Positions 13,826 to 31,409 of a stretch of DNA of 64,000 nucleotides are shown in pieces. The notes beneath the pieces were generated by a model that had not been told where the DNA came from, did not search any database, and saw nothing but the letters and a program-made list of their open reading frames with translations. How positions within the stretch are numbered: the first letter of the stretch is position 1; each line of letters starts with the position of its first letter. Origin of the DNA: the human T2T-CHM13v2.0 reference genome, Homo sapiens; assembly GCF_009914755.1 (NCBI RefSeq), contig NC_060926.1. One strand, written 5' to 3'. The translations under genes were made by a program, and so were the position numbers.

Positions 13826-14764
13826 TTCCTCACTCACAAACATTTAATAAAGAAAATGACCGTGACCCCTTCTTGATCAATTTATTAATATTAAGCACCT
13901 TCAAAGGAGCATTTTGCAGCTCTGAATTTGCTGGGAGAGCTAATGCTAGGCAACTGGATTGGATAAATTAAGGAGTGCTTATTATTGCAGCCTTGAATGA
14001 ACAACTGATGATATTGGGTGAAAAGTCCTTAATACAGAAAAAAATCACAGCTATTCTATTGTTCCTTATCCTTTTCCTCAAACAAATTTAGTGTAGTGTC
14101 CAGTTATATGTACTGATATGGAGTTCAGTGTATAGTACCTGGCACAGCAGCAACATTCATAATTCATAATTTGGGACTTATTTGTGCTTTTCCATCTATA
14201 GCTAAGGTTTGGCGAGGCTCTCATTTCTGGAGTAATAGTGACATACATTTGCTGCAAGAAATTGCAGCCTCATCGCAAATGCCTACACGCAGTGTCTATT
14301 TCAACATCAGACCACATTTCATTCATTAATTGTTAAGCACTTTCACAGAAGGCAAACAGATGGAGGGGCCATACTTAATTCTGTATGTACTACCCTGTGA
14401 GCTGTTAGAGACTGACAGATGTTAAGACATTAATGAATGCTATTATTAGTGCCAAGGAACATATCTGTCTCCCTTGGCAAATATTTTCATAGATTTCTTC
14501 ATTGAATTTAAGTTTGGAAGGGAAGTAGAGCGTTAAACAGTAGTCCCACCCCCATCTAATTAGAAAATCCCCTCTACAGTAGCCTGGTCAAGTGCTCATC
14601 TATGTTTATTTATGCTCAGACGCCTCCAGCAACTCTTAATCTCAAACCCCCCAAGGCCATTTGTCCCATCTTGGGTGGCTGTCTATCTGGGCGTTAGAAA
14701 CCTTACTTCATGCCCTAACCTATGGCCCAGTGGCCCCTCAAAGCATTGGCTCTCCTCCCACAAG

Positions 14765-15034
14765 TTTCCTTCCTCCCTTCCTTCCTTCCTTCCTTCTTTT
14801 TCTTTCTTTCTTTCTCTTTCTTTCTTTCTTTCTTTTCTTTCTTTCTTTCTTTCTTTTTTCTTTCTTTCTTTCTCTTTCTTCTTTCTTTTTTATTTTCTTT
14901 TCTTTCTTCTTTCCTTCTTTCTTTTCTTTCTTTCTTCTTTCTCTTTCCTTTTTCTTTCTTTCTTTTTCTCTTTCTTTCTTTCCTTCCTTCCTTCCTTCTT
15001 TCTTTCTCTCTCTCTTTCTTTCTTTTTTTTTTTT
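14765..15034. repeat. Polypyrimidine microsatellite mosaic (TTCC/TTTC/TC)n
   Basis: About 270 bp of almost only C and T, contiguous with the tail of the antisense Alu. Confidence 0.95.
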
Positions 15035-15318
<284 letters not shown>

Positions 15319-15811
15319 TCCACAAGTTTTATTTCTCTAGGTTAAACACCTAAATTCCTTTAATTTCTTCTCATATAACACATGTTTGGGCGCTAGTCCT
15401 CTCTGGACACTCTCCTTTGACCACAACTCCGGTTTTTCTATGACCTTCTTCAAGTGAGATGATGTGAACTGAACTAAATAGTAGAGGGGAGGTCTGTTCA
15501 GAGCTGTGATGGAACAGCGACAGGACAGTTACTTTCTTTTTTTAAGTATCCTTTATTAAACAGCCTAAGATTGCAATTGCTTTTTAAACAACTACATCAC
15601 TATAGACCGACTTGAGCACAGACAACAAAAACCACTGCAGCTCTCCCACAGGCTGCTATGCACTACGCCGATATCTTAGCTGGCCACCCAGCAGACTCCC
15701 AGCTCTCATAGGGAAGGTGTGAGGGAAACCACCACCTCTCCTCCCTGGCCCTTCAGTGTGGTCCCTAGAGATCTTATGAAGCCATTTCCATGCCATTAAA
15801 CCTCAAAAAAT

Positions 15812-15943
15812 TGGGAGGCCATGTAATTTATCATCCAAGCTGAAACACTTTTGAGAGCAAAAGGAGGCACTATCATTAATTTACAAGGACAAGAGGTATA
15901 TACCAGGGCTGTTCCTGGACAACCAGAAAGTGTGGCCACCCTA
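15812..15943. mobile_element. MER94-like hAT MITE
   Basis: catgtaatttatcatccaa...acacttttgagag...tggccacccta matches my recollection of the MER94 layout. Confidence 0.7.
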
Positions 15944-16859
15944 CCCGTGAATTAGAAGGGAGGCACTTAGCAGGAAATAGACTTAATAAGTTCTAGCAGG
16001 TTCCCCGTCCCATCCCAGAGGGCAGGCCAGCAGGCTCCCTGGATGGCCCAATGACTCTGAAGGCAGCCAGGTAGCACTTTAATCCAAATGCTACAGGAGG
16101 CTAGTAGGTTAGGTGGCTGCTTACGGACCATGAGTGTGCCAAGTGACTTGGGCTGAGAGGCATTCAAATTCAAAATTTGTAGACACTGGGTATGCTAATA
16201 AAATGCAGCCTCAGGTGAGGCAGCCAGCTTGTGACTCTTGTTTATGGATATATTCTTCGCCCCAACTCCACAGTAAATTCTTTGTGCAGAGGTTCTCTTT
16301 TAAAACATTTATTTTTTCCCCCAGCTTTATTGATGTATAATTCACAAACAAAGCAGGCATTCTTAATTTTATTTGGGTCACAGACACTTTTAAGAGTCTG
16401 GCAAAAGCTATGGTTCCTATTCCCAGAAAACTGTGCCTTGGCAGATGCAAACGCAATTTTACATGCCTTTCTAGACCCCCTGGAGCCTGTCCATGGAAGG
16501 AGAGGCTAAGAACCCTGCTGAGAAAGTGGTCACCATTACCTCCATCCTGGGGCCTGACTCCAGTTCCTTACACCCGAAGTTGCTCTACTCACTACTTACG
16601 ATGTCATGCAACAGTTAAGGGTCAGAGGCTCCTATAGGTCTGCAAGCCAGTTCGCTGGGTGGAGGCGTGTGTTCTATCAGGCCAGACAAGGTATTTTCTA
16701 TTAAAAATGATTGAGCTGATCAGAAACACTTTTAAAAGTGAATACAAATAACAGCAAGTGGTACAAATCATACTTGATTTTAGGGTGATCTGGGCAAGCT
16801 ACAAAACTGGGCTGCACTTTTAGAGAGCAAAGGCAAGTTCCCCAGTGTGTGGGAGCCTG

Positions 16860-17004
16860 ACTCCCATTTCTGCCTGCCTCTGTCTTCACATGGGTGACCT
16901 CCGTGGATCCTCTCTTCTTCTTATAAAAACACCAGTCACTGGATTTCTGTCCATCTAAATCCCGTATGATAACATCTTGAGACCCTCTCAGTGATGGGTA
17001 AGGC

Positions 17005-17057
<53 letters not shown>

Positions 17058-17215
17058 AAGAAAGAAAAGAAAAGAAAAGAAAAAAAAAATAAAAATCTTG
17101 AGATCCTTAATGGATTATATCTGAAAAGACCCCATTTCCAAATAAGCTCACATTCAGGGGTTTCTGGTGGATAGGGGTTTCAGGAGGACACTATTCACTA
17201 TTCAACGTATTACAC
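16860..17215 (-). mobile_element. MLT1-like LTR fragment interrupted by a poly(A) insertion
   Basis: tctgcctgcctctgtcttcacatgg...ttcttataaaaacaccagtca...[insert]...aaagaccccatttccaaataagctcacattc. Confidence 0.75.
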
Positions 17216-17546
17216 CATGAAGTGAAAATTTGCAGGAAGATGCGCTTGACAGATGGCTGCGCCTCGTAGTAAGACACAGGGCTAAAAGAACAGCATCACT
17301 CTGACTAGCTCAAATAGTAATACCCTTGGTCGGCTGTGGTCATTATCACCAGTATTAGCCATGGGCAGCCTGAATTGTTTGTCCTGCAGGACAGGGAATA
17401 CAGCAAGTGTTAAATACTGTGATGTTACCAAGTTGCCAAATCAAGGCAGGGGCCCGCAGTTCTTTTCTCCCACTCTGATTTTTGCCTTTGATAAATTGAA
17501 GGGAGCAGTATAACTCTGATATGGATTTCAATTTTCATTCCTTTAG

Positions 17547-17594
17547 GTGGCATAAGTGGAAATAAACTCAAGCTGATGCTTCAAAAACGAGAAG
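17547..17594 (+). CDS. ECRG4: ECRG4 coding exon 2
   Basis: Acceptor ttcattcctttag|GT. 48 nt encoding (G)GISGNKLKLMLQKRE. Donor AAG|gtaaat. In frame with exons 1 and 3; absent from the ORF track because it is short. Confidence 0.96.
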
Positions 17595-19588
17595 GTAAAT
17601 ATACCCCAAATGGATAAGGGATGCATTCTTAACTGGATGGAAATGAAATGGCAATATGGATTGTGCTCACTGGAGTCTTGTATTTGGAAAATCAAAAGTG
17701 TTTACTCCTTAAAAGGTTAGCAGATATGAAGGGCTTATTCTGTTGGTATGTGGTGTGGTATCTTATTAGATAAATATTATTGCCAGTAAATGTCTGAAGG
17801 TTATTTTTCTGAAACCTGTCAGTGTGGACTCAAAAATAAAAGAAACAGTAGTACAGTGTTAATTGCATGCTATTTATTTTAGGACCATGGAGCACTTTAG
17901 AGACTATCTTTGGAACACATAATCCTCAGTTGGTGGGGCAGGCGTGGAACAGCAGTGTTGCGGTAGTCCGTGTATCCAAAGAGCTCTTGGGGAAGGGTTT
18001 CAAACAGGAAAGCCTTTCTTGTTATTAGCCTCTGTTTTGAATAATGCATCTAAGATAAATGTGACAGCAACAAAATGTCATAGAAATTGAACAGTCTGGG
18101 GGTCACAACACACAGGTTCTGGACCTGCTGTAATCAGATCAGGTGGATCAATTGTGGGGTCTCGTGAATGTCATTTTCCCTCTCCCAACTTTCATCTCTA
18201 TCTGTAAAATTAAGAATCCCTTAGAAATGAAAAAGTGTGACCACACTTCTGATGTGACCATTTAGTCAGTTATTCTTTCCCTCCTAGTTTGTGGGGGATT
18301 CTAGCAGGCTGAACTTCCTCCCTGAAGTGGGGTCCTCAGTCATTCTTCCCACACTCCCCAGTTGCTGCTCAGGGGCCCTCCCACAGGTGGCTGGAGAACA
18401 GGCTTGGGGCGGTCCCAGCATCTTTTCCTGGGGTTCCAGCCACCCAAGAAGCCCTGGCCCACCCCCAATCTCTGAGGCGGCTCAGAGGGCCCCCTCCCTG
18501 TGCTGTGTGGTGGCCAGAGCCTTACCTCACGGATGCCCAGGGATCAACAACGCCCTCACAGAGCCAGTTTGTCATAGGTGAGCAAGCTGCTGAGGCAGTC
18601 ACAACTCCTTGGTGTGCATCCCGCAGCCTTGACTCAGTTCAAATCAAGAAACACATATTGAGCAACTACTGTGTACAAAACAGTGTTACAATCCCTCAAG
18701 GGATTGTAAACAAACAAACAAAAACCCCTGCTGGTATTTGTCCATACGACCAACGAATGCACCAGGCCTGCATTTCCATGATCCTGTGCATTTTTCCTAA
18801 CGTCATCGAGAGGGACTGTCCACCCACTTTTATAGATACGGGGACAGAGGCTGAAAACGTGACAGCAGGAGAAAAACGCCTAATGGCACAGTGGCTTCCT
18901 CGAGCACATCCTGCGGAAGTGGTTCCATTTCAACAATTGAGACTGTGATGGAAAGACGTTAGCAGCAGCAGTGTGAGGGTGCGGGTCAGTATCCTGCATC
19001 AATGGTCAGACTGTGAGGCGCAGAGAGGCACTGGCTTAAGGGGATTCTGTGTCCCAGCAGCCTGGTGTGAGAATCAGCTGTACTGTTGGGCAGGGTCTGG
19101 TCCCTGCTCACCCGGGGCTCATCATTCCAGTTCCTTTTTCTTACATAATCTCCTGAGCCAAGCACAACCCTCTTGTGTTGGCATATGCAATGGACATGCC
19201 CGTATACCTGTGTGGCACTAGATATCCAGTCTGTTTCCTGAATGCGGAGCCTGAGGGGTGGGCCATTTGCCCCGGGAAAGGCCTGGGCCCTGGGTGCGAG
19301 TGGGCTGCAGGAGATGAGCTGAATTTCATTTCTACCCTGAGGACCTAGAGGTTGAAGTTTAGTCCATGCCCCTTTATAGGGTTATACCAAATAACACTTA
19401 CTAACAGGAAGCATGGTGACAGAATCTACGAGGCTGTGTCACATTGTCACATGCAAGTAAGAATGAAGTTGAGAGTCAAAACCCTCCTACACATGGTGGT
19501 GGGGGATGGGATGTATAACAGGGATTCACCGCAAGTGAGGAAGGAAGTCATTCTTTGTGCTTTGGGGATGGGGAATTGATGATTTCAG

Positions 19589-19746
19589 CACCTGTTCCAA
19601 CTAAGACTAAAGTGGCCGTTGATGAGAATAAAGCCAAAGAATTCCTTGGCAGCCTGAAGCGCCAGAAGCGGCAGCTGTGGGACCGGACTCGGCCCGAGGT
19701 GCAGCAGTGGTACCAGCAGTTTCTCTACATGGGCTTTGACGAAGCG
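19589..19746 (+). CDS. ECRG4: ECRG4 coding exon 3
   Basis: tttcag|CA. 158 nt encoding (A)[52 protein letters not shown]. Donor GCG|gtaggt. Confidence 0.97.
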
Positions 19747-21126
19747 GTAGGTGTTGCCTCCGGCTGCAGGCCTGGCTTCCACAGGGAAGGGTGGCAGGGA
19801 GGAGGCCTGGCTCGGGGAAATAGGAAGCAGAAAATTCAGCTTTGCTGTTCATTCCTAGAGTAAGAGCCCCATCATATGCCAAGTGCTATCAGGCACTGGA
19901 TCATGTTACCTATGGTGTAAGGGCGATGGCTGGAAGTTTCCACCAGGGTACATTCAGGAGGCAGAACCCACGGCAGTCATGAACCAAAACAGCGGGGACC
20001 TAGATTCATCGAGAATCTGACTTTCTCGGGAACCCTTTTAACTTGGCTGAACAGTTTTGCCAGGGTATTCTTAAAATAACTCACAATCCCCCAAAACCTA
20101 TTAACTTTTAACTTGAAGACTGTCAGAAACAACAGGGATGCCGGGATCTATGATGATAATGAAAAGAGATGAAAAGGGACCTGTAAAGAGAGGATGGGTC
20201 TTTGTAGAGGTTTTGGGGAAAATTTGTCAATGCACTTATAGGAAAAGATGGTTTACAGTTCATGCGCCTAGATGGCATTGGTGGACGTATTCATTGAATG
20301 AAAGACAAAGAGTTTATGATCGTAGGCTCCCAGCTGGGGTGCACGTGGAGGTGAGACGGCAGCCCATGGAAGTCATAGATGCTGCCGCATGGGCATCCAT
20401 CCATGGTGACTGAGGAGGCTGAGCTCCCTGTGTGAGACGTAAAGGGAGGACCTGTGGCCTGTGCTGCCCCACCAGGGAGCAGATGGGCTTTTCATAGGCA
20501 GGACCTCCAAATGGGCAGTTGGATGTGTTTTTCAAAATGGGCACATGATTCATTTAGACGGTGTATACACAATACTGCAGTAGGTGAAGAAAAAAACTAA
20601 ACCCCTTAGACATATCATTTTTAATGGCTACATAAAATGAAATCATGTGGCTATACCAAAATTTCCTTCACATTTCCAACCATTGGACATATTACTTGTT
20701 CCCTAAGTGTCTTTTTGCTTTTTTTTTTCTTTTTCTGTGCAAATAGGTAAACATGTATAGCCAAACTCTGAGCCAAGCATGATTCTAAGTACTTAGAGGT
20801 ACGAACTTACTTCACATTCACAACAACCCAAAAGGCAGGTGCTGTTATTTGCATCTCTGTACAGTTTGCCTTTTACTTAGACCACATTCTTCCCAGTGAG
20901 GTTCCTGGGGCAAGGGTGGAATCACATTTAAGTATCTCTGAGTATTGTCAAACTGCACATTCCTGTGAGTCACATGTAAGAGCAACAGTTTTCTGGCGTC
21001 TTCAGCAGCATCTGGTGTTCTCATTGAAAATTAAAAGTATATGTTTGCTTACTTGATAGATGAAAATGCTATATCCTCCTTCAGTAATTTGCATTTCTTT
21101 GATGACCATCATTAAAATGGGCATTA

Positions 21127-21443
<317 letters not shown>

Positions 21444-21708
21444 GAGTTTAACATGCAGAAACTACTCAAATAATGTCAGGTGACAAAACCAGAATAAAGA
21501 TGAGGATCAAATAAGATTACAGTAACTTAATATGCATTAAAAAGAGTACAATGACTACATCCAAGTGTCACTAGTGGTCTCTGGCAAAGGAATATGATCT
21601 TCTTTTTCTATGCTCTTCTCTCACATACAGATTTTAAAATCTTAATCTATATTATTTCTGTATTCATCAAAGATTTTAAAAAATTTTTGAAAATACATAT
21701 TTAAGCTA

Positions 21709-22101
<393 letters not shown>

Positions 22102-23467
22102 TTATGGGAAAGCAAAACTAGAGATGGAGCCAAAGAAGTCGGTGTCCTCCTTCCCAAGGCAGAGGCTGAGGTGGGCTCAGATGATTCAGACCCCAGGTAT
22201 AGAGAATGGCAGTGAGAAATTGGAATCATGCTCTTTAGCCCAGCACTAGCTGGCCCAGTACCCACCAAGAGTGGATGACCACTGAGCCCCAGAGACCACA
22301 GACACGGGCTAGGCTGGGGATTCCAGCCTCACAAAGTTCTCAATATTAATTAATGTTCATTGGCAGTCTTGTTAAAATAACAACAGGTGGCTGAGTCCCA
22401 AACATCAGAAAGTTCCATGCAGGAGGCATGGAGTGGCTGGTGCCTGAGAACCTGCATTTGTGATTTGGATGTTGGGGTGCATGGGCCACGCTTGGAGAAA
22501 AACTGGCCCTGCACCCCAATGGCATGACCCGTTCACCCAGCCCATCTGTCATCTCCCTGCCTTTTTGCTCTCACACTAAATCTCTTGCGATGTCCTGAGC
22601 ATCAACACACGAGTCCTAGTCTAAATTAATCTTGCACCTTCACCACCACCAAAGAAAAATTAGTCTCTCCTTTAAAAAAAATGTATTAATAGCCAAGATC
22701 AGTTGCCCAAACCAAAACCTGACCATCATTCTACACTACTTACTCAGCTTTAGCTTCTCTATCCCTTTTATCATCTGCAACTGTCTCTTCTCATATCTGT
22801 CACTCAGGAACAGTAGGCTTCTTGAAGGCACAGACGACTGTTTTTGGCAGCCCTCCAGTGCCCAGCACAGGGCATGACACACAGTGCCCATCTCAAAGCA
22901 TTTGCAGAATAAATAAATGCATCTGTGTACACTCTAACCAACAACACAGGTATAAGAGTCACCATCAAATGTACCCCCAGTTCTCTGCCCTGGCACTATA
23001 ATAGGCCAATGCAGTGGTTGATCTAACTCAGGCAACATTTATTAAGCATCTACTACATGCAGTATAAAGGGCCAGGCACAGGAATGGGGTAGGACGATAA
23101 GACAGTGTTTGCCACAGTGAGATGTGGTCTGAGGGTCAGGCCAAGTTGTTATGGTATTTGGGCACCTGTCCATTTGATTTACCAAGAGAGAGAAAAACAT
23201 TTAAGTCTGGAATACACTTAGCAAATATTTTACAAAAGTTTGCAAAGGTATGGGCCTGCACTCCTTTGGGAAAAGATAGCTTTTATCAGAGTGAATACTG
23301 CTGACTGTTTTGGCCTCTGAGCACAAGAATACGGTAACAGGGAGTTACTAAGGGTTGTTAATCGTTGAAGAAAAACCACCATGAAGAAAAGCCATAGGTA
23401 AGATTAGGTCTTAGGGGACTGCATGACCTTAAATCCATTCTCTATCATTCTCTCTCTTTTCCTCCAG

Positions 23468-23629
23468 AAATTTGAAGATGACATCACCTATTGGCTTAAC
23501 AGAGATCGAAATGGACATGAATACTATGGCGATTACTACCAACGTCACTATGATGAAGACTCTGCAATTGGTCCCCGGAGCCCCTACGGCTTTAGGCATG
23601 GAGCCAGCGTCAACTACGATGACTACTAA
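23468..23629 (+). CDS. ECRG4: ECRG4 coding exon 4 (to stop)
   Basis: ctctctttttcctccag|AAA. Encodes [56 protein letters not shown]. The four exons total 148 aa. Confidence 0.97.
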
Positions 23630-23832
23630 CCATGACTTGCCACACGCTGTACAAGAAGCAAATAGCGATTCTCTTCATGTATCTCCTAATGCCTTACACT
23701 ACTTGGTTTCTGATTTGCTCTATTTCAGCAGATCTTTTCTACCTACTTTGTGTGATCAAAAAAGAAGAGTTAAAACAACACATGTAAATGCCTTTTGATA
23801 TTTCATGGGAATGCCTCTCATTTAAAAATAGA

Positions 23833-23838
23833 AATAAA
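23833..23838 (+). terminator. ECRG4: ECRG4 polyadenylation signal AATAAA
   Basis: Canonical hexamer about 200 nt after the stop codon, with TGTA motifs upstream. Confidence 0.85.
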
Positions 23839-24319
23839 GCATTTTGTTAAAAAGAAAAGTCTTAGAATTCATTTGGGTGCAAATTAAGCTGGTGACATTT
23901 CTCGTTCCCTTGATGTTTTGAAGTTGCGTCTGAGAGGCACCTCTCTGTTATCACCGTGAGATTCCTCACCACCACCCAGGCAGACCACAGGACTGAGTGA
24001 GAGGTCTTCAGTTTGTTAGAACACAGTCTACATGAAATGCAAGGCACACGATCAGCAAGAAAAGCTAGTTGAAAATAATCTGTGGTTACAGAACGTGGAG
24101 GATTCCAATCATTTGACAGAAAACCCTTCTGGTTCTGAGCTACAGCTGGACCTGTTTAATGTTACCATCCAGGAAATGAAGGGCAACAGAAAAAAACCTG
24201 AAATTTGGTTGATTTCAGAGCCACAGTTATCTAAAAAATAAAACCTTGTTCCATGAATTTAAGACATATTTAAGAATATTCTTTGCATTGTAAACAACCT
24301 GAGTGAATGAAAGAAAAGG

Positions 24320-27700
<3,381 letters not shown>

Positions 27701-28269
27701 AGTTGAAGTCCTCCAGACAGCACTTGCATTTTCTTTTGCTAGTGGCTTGGGGTGCAATGGAGTCTACCAAACTGGGACCACCTTAAATTCTGTGCTTGTG
27801 GATTTACAGACCAAATAGAGACACCTTGTACTTACTGTTCTCAGTCCACTCCCACCAAACTGAAATTTGGAAGAAAGCATCCTCACTGCCCCCTTTTGTG
27901 TGATGGATTTATTTCTCATTGGCCCGTACACCAAGGTAGAGCCTTTTGGGAGCTCAGTCTGATGCAGGGTAATCTGACCTAAACTTTATCTCCTGTCCTG
28001 AGCCCTTTGCAGCTTTCAAAGATTCTCAAGCTCTACATGATTCTGCAGACATTTTCATACAATAGCTGGTTTTCCCTTCTTTTTGGGACTCTGCAGATTC
28101 TTTATTTATCATCTAAGGAAAGTGTATATAAAATCACATCCAGCATTTCATTTGTTCCCATTGAGGGGTTTATTCACATTAATTTGTCATACTGCTGGAG
28201 ACAGAACTCCTATTTGGTCATTTATTTCAAACCAAACATTCTTTACCTTTTTTGTCTCTGAAAATCTTT

Positions 28270-28660
28270 AAGAATAACATTTGTAAATGCATAAAACCAA
28301 GTACACAGGATTACAAAGGAAATCAATTATATTGAAAAAGTTTACAACCTTTTAAAAGACAAATTTACGAGATAGTAATAAATGTGTTTCTTCACGCTGT
28401 AAGTAACAAGACTTACTGGTAGGTCTACAGCTATTGTAATTTCAAAGTAGTGAAAGTAAATGACATTTTGAGACAATTGTAACAACTATAATGTGATAAT
28501 ATATCTGATTTCTATATGTGGCAGAATCCCAGCTAAGAGCTATTTCCATCACAGTTTGTTGTCTACATTTATCATTGAAGAAAAGGCTAAATTTGAGTTA
28601 GGGGTTAGTAGAAACAAAAAGGTTCATTTTTTTTTCCCATTCAAGTTCATGAGACCCCTT
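28270..28660. mobile_element. Probable hAT-Charlie-like DNA transposon relic
   Basis: aaatgcataaaa...caggattacaaaggaaatcaattatattgaaa...ttcccattcaagttcatgagacccc resembles Charlie-type MERs; the family is uncertain. Confidence 0.45.
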
Positions 28661-29361
28661 ATTTAAAGGGATTTCCATTCCAGTTCTTGTAATATATCCA
28701 GAGTGAAAGTTTCCAGTTATTCTTAGGATAAAGATGAAAAACCTTGATGTGTTTATGAGACCTGGCCCCCTCCCTACCTCTTAATATTCCTGTTTTCAAT
28801 CTCCCTTGCTCTGCACTTCAGCAAACTCTGCTAGACTGTGAACCCCAGGAAAAGCTCACACCTGTTTCTGCTCACTATAAAACTTTCAGAGCATATTATA
28901 GAGTCTGTCAGAGTAAGTGAGCTTTAATACGTGTCGAATGGATCCTGACTACACAAAGGAAGGATCTAGTCTCATGTTTACATATGGATCTAGTCTCATT
29001 TTTACATATGAAGAAGATGATGGCCAGAGAGGTTGAATGCCAGTCAGCTCCTGGGATACAAGGTGAGTTAGGAACAGAGCAGGGATTACGACTCAGATGT
29101 GGACATCTTTCCCACACCACATTATTCCTCTCCCTTGTCCCCACCACCCGTTAGCTTATTTATGCCCCACCACAGCAGGGTCTCACCTTCTCCCTCCAAA
29201 GTATGCCTCTTGGGCCCGGAGTTTCTTGAGCCTATACTTGGTTTGGCAACAGCAAACTAACATTTTCTCCCACTCAACCACTGCCCTTGCAGCTAGCTGC
29301 CTGTGAACAGGAGTGCATTGTGACTACAGGTGCGATTTCAATCCTGTGAGGTGTGAAGCTT

Positions 29362-29649
29362 GTTTGTTTTCGGAGACAGGGTCTCATTCTGTCACACAGG
29401 CTGAAGTGCAGTGGTGCGATCATGGTTCACTGCTGGCTCCAACTCCTGGGCTCAAGCCATCCTCCCACCTCAGCCTCCTGAGCAGCTGAGACTACAGGTG
29501 TGTGCCACCATGCCCAGATAATTTATTTGTTTGTAGAGACAGGATCTCGCTATGTCGACCAGGCTGGTCTTGAACTCCTGGTCTCAAGCGATCCTCCTGC
29601 CTCAACCTCCAAAGTACTGGGATCACAGGTGTGAGCCATAGTGCCCGGC
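29362..29649 (-). mobile_element. Alu (J-like)
   Basis: Antisense AluJ-type sequence with a short degenerate tail. Confidence 0.9.
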
Positions 29650-31409
29650 AGTAGTTCATTGAAGCTTGGCCAGAGACCCCTGGCCGTGAGCTTTTCAAAT
29701 CATATCACCTGCTCCCCTAAGGGCCCATTTTTAACAAGCAGCACTGTATTCTTCTGTGGATCAGAATTACTGACCAGCATTTTGTAAACCAGACATTTTA
29801 TATAAAGCTGATTCTTCAACAGAGGACAAAAACCCCTACTGTAATATACTGACCAAGAGCCACAGATTAAAGACAGAAAGACGGCGTGTGAACAGGCATT
29901 GCTATCCCTACCGCCATCTTTTTAAAGAGAAGACTGAGTCCCGGGGAACCCATGCTGGGGACGTCAAGCCTAGAAGAGCAGAGTCCAAGGACTGGACTGA
30001 CTGCTCGTCTTCAAACATCTGAAGGGCTGTCAAGAGGAAAGTCTTTGTCTTGTTCTTGGAGAGCCCCAAGGGCACAACCAGGCCCCATGAGTGGCTGCTC
30101 AGTGAAGCCAATTTTTGCTCAGAATTCTGATAATGGAATGGGAGCTTCACAAAGCTAAGTGCTTCCAGCAGGGCGAGTGAACAGTTGTAAAAACTGTTTA
30201 TAGAAATTCCTGTGTTTGAAGATGAAAGTTTCTTAAAGTCTGAGCCATGGGATACCCAATGGTGATTTTCAAGTACAACAGCAACTCACTGCTCCATCCC
30301 TGCTGAGGCTTTAGGAAGAGATCTAGTCCTCGATTCTTCTGAAACTTTCACTAAAATAAAACTAGTGTACAAACGTAAGGAGTGGTGGCAAGGCTAGATA
30401 CAGTACGATCCACCGCCCCCTTCAGGCTACAGACAAGTAAACGAAGGCTCTGGGAAGGCAGCTGACTTGCCTATAAACCAGGCCGATGCTTTTCTAGTAG
30501 TTTCCTGATCTACCCTGCTTCTCCTGTCAGGTTACTGCAGCAAACAGGGAAACAGGTAAGCACAGTTGGGAATTGGGATTTATAAAGAGTTGTGTCTTTC
30601 CAGTGAGGTACATTTTTTTTCTGCCTGTGCCTAACACACCTAACATAAGATGACCTGGAGAGAGAAAAGCACAATACTATGTCATTGCACCTCCCTCAGG
30701 GTTAAAATGGAACCAAGAAGCCCACGCAAGCAGCAGATGTAGCATCTATGAAGAAAGTGTGAGTCAGACTCCACTTAAAATGATGTGTCGTACCTTTGAT
30801 GTGATTTGGCACTTTGCTGCTGCTTCTGTTGTTTTTAAATTGGGTTCTCTCACCTTACTCTTTTTTGATTTCGAGTTCCCTTTCTCTCCTCGCTGAGAAA
30901 CAAATTTTGTGAAAATAAACTGGGACATGGGAAGCATCTATTACCGAAGACGCCCAAATGCAGAGAGGAACCCCATTGAGTGGGTCCTTCCTGCACTGAC
31001 AACGGATGGATTTTGCCTCCTGCCATTTGATCATGGATTTGGAAATAAAGAGCGTGGTTAACTGTCCAGGGTGACCTCTCCAGCTGCCCAGCATGCTCAG
31101 ACACAGTTGTTCTGGGAGGTAATGAAGAAACACCATATCACCATTTCTGCCTCACATTTGCATATTACATCACTGCAACCTATCACCTTTCAAAGGGGGA
31201 AAATAGGTGTTATCACCTTTACCCATATGTATTTTCATTTTCAATGACAAGCTTTTAACACTTAATGAACAAAATTCCATTTTTAGTGATTATTACCAAT
31301 TCCTTAGTCCTTTTCAATGCCTTTTAAGTTTTCCTCCCTTTATTTAAACCTAATCTTTAAGATTCAAGCTTTGTCAGATAGACAACAGGCATAAAGCAGA
31401 GACCATAAT

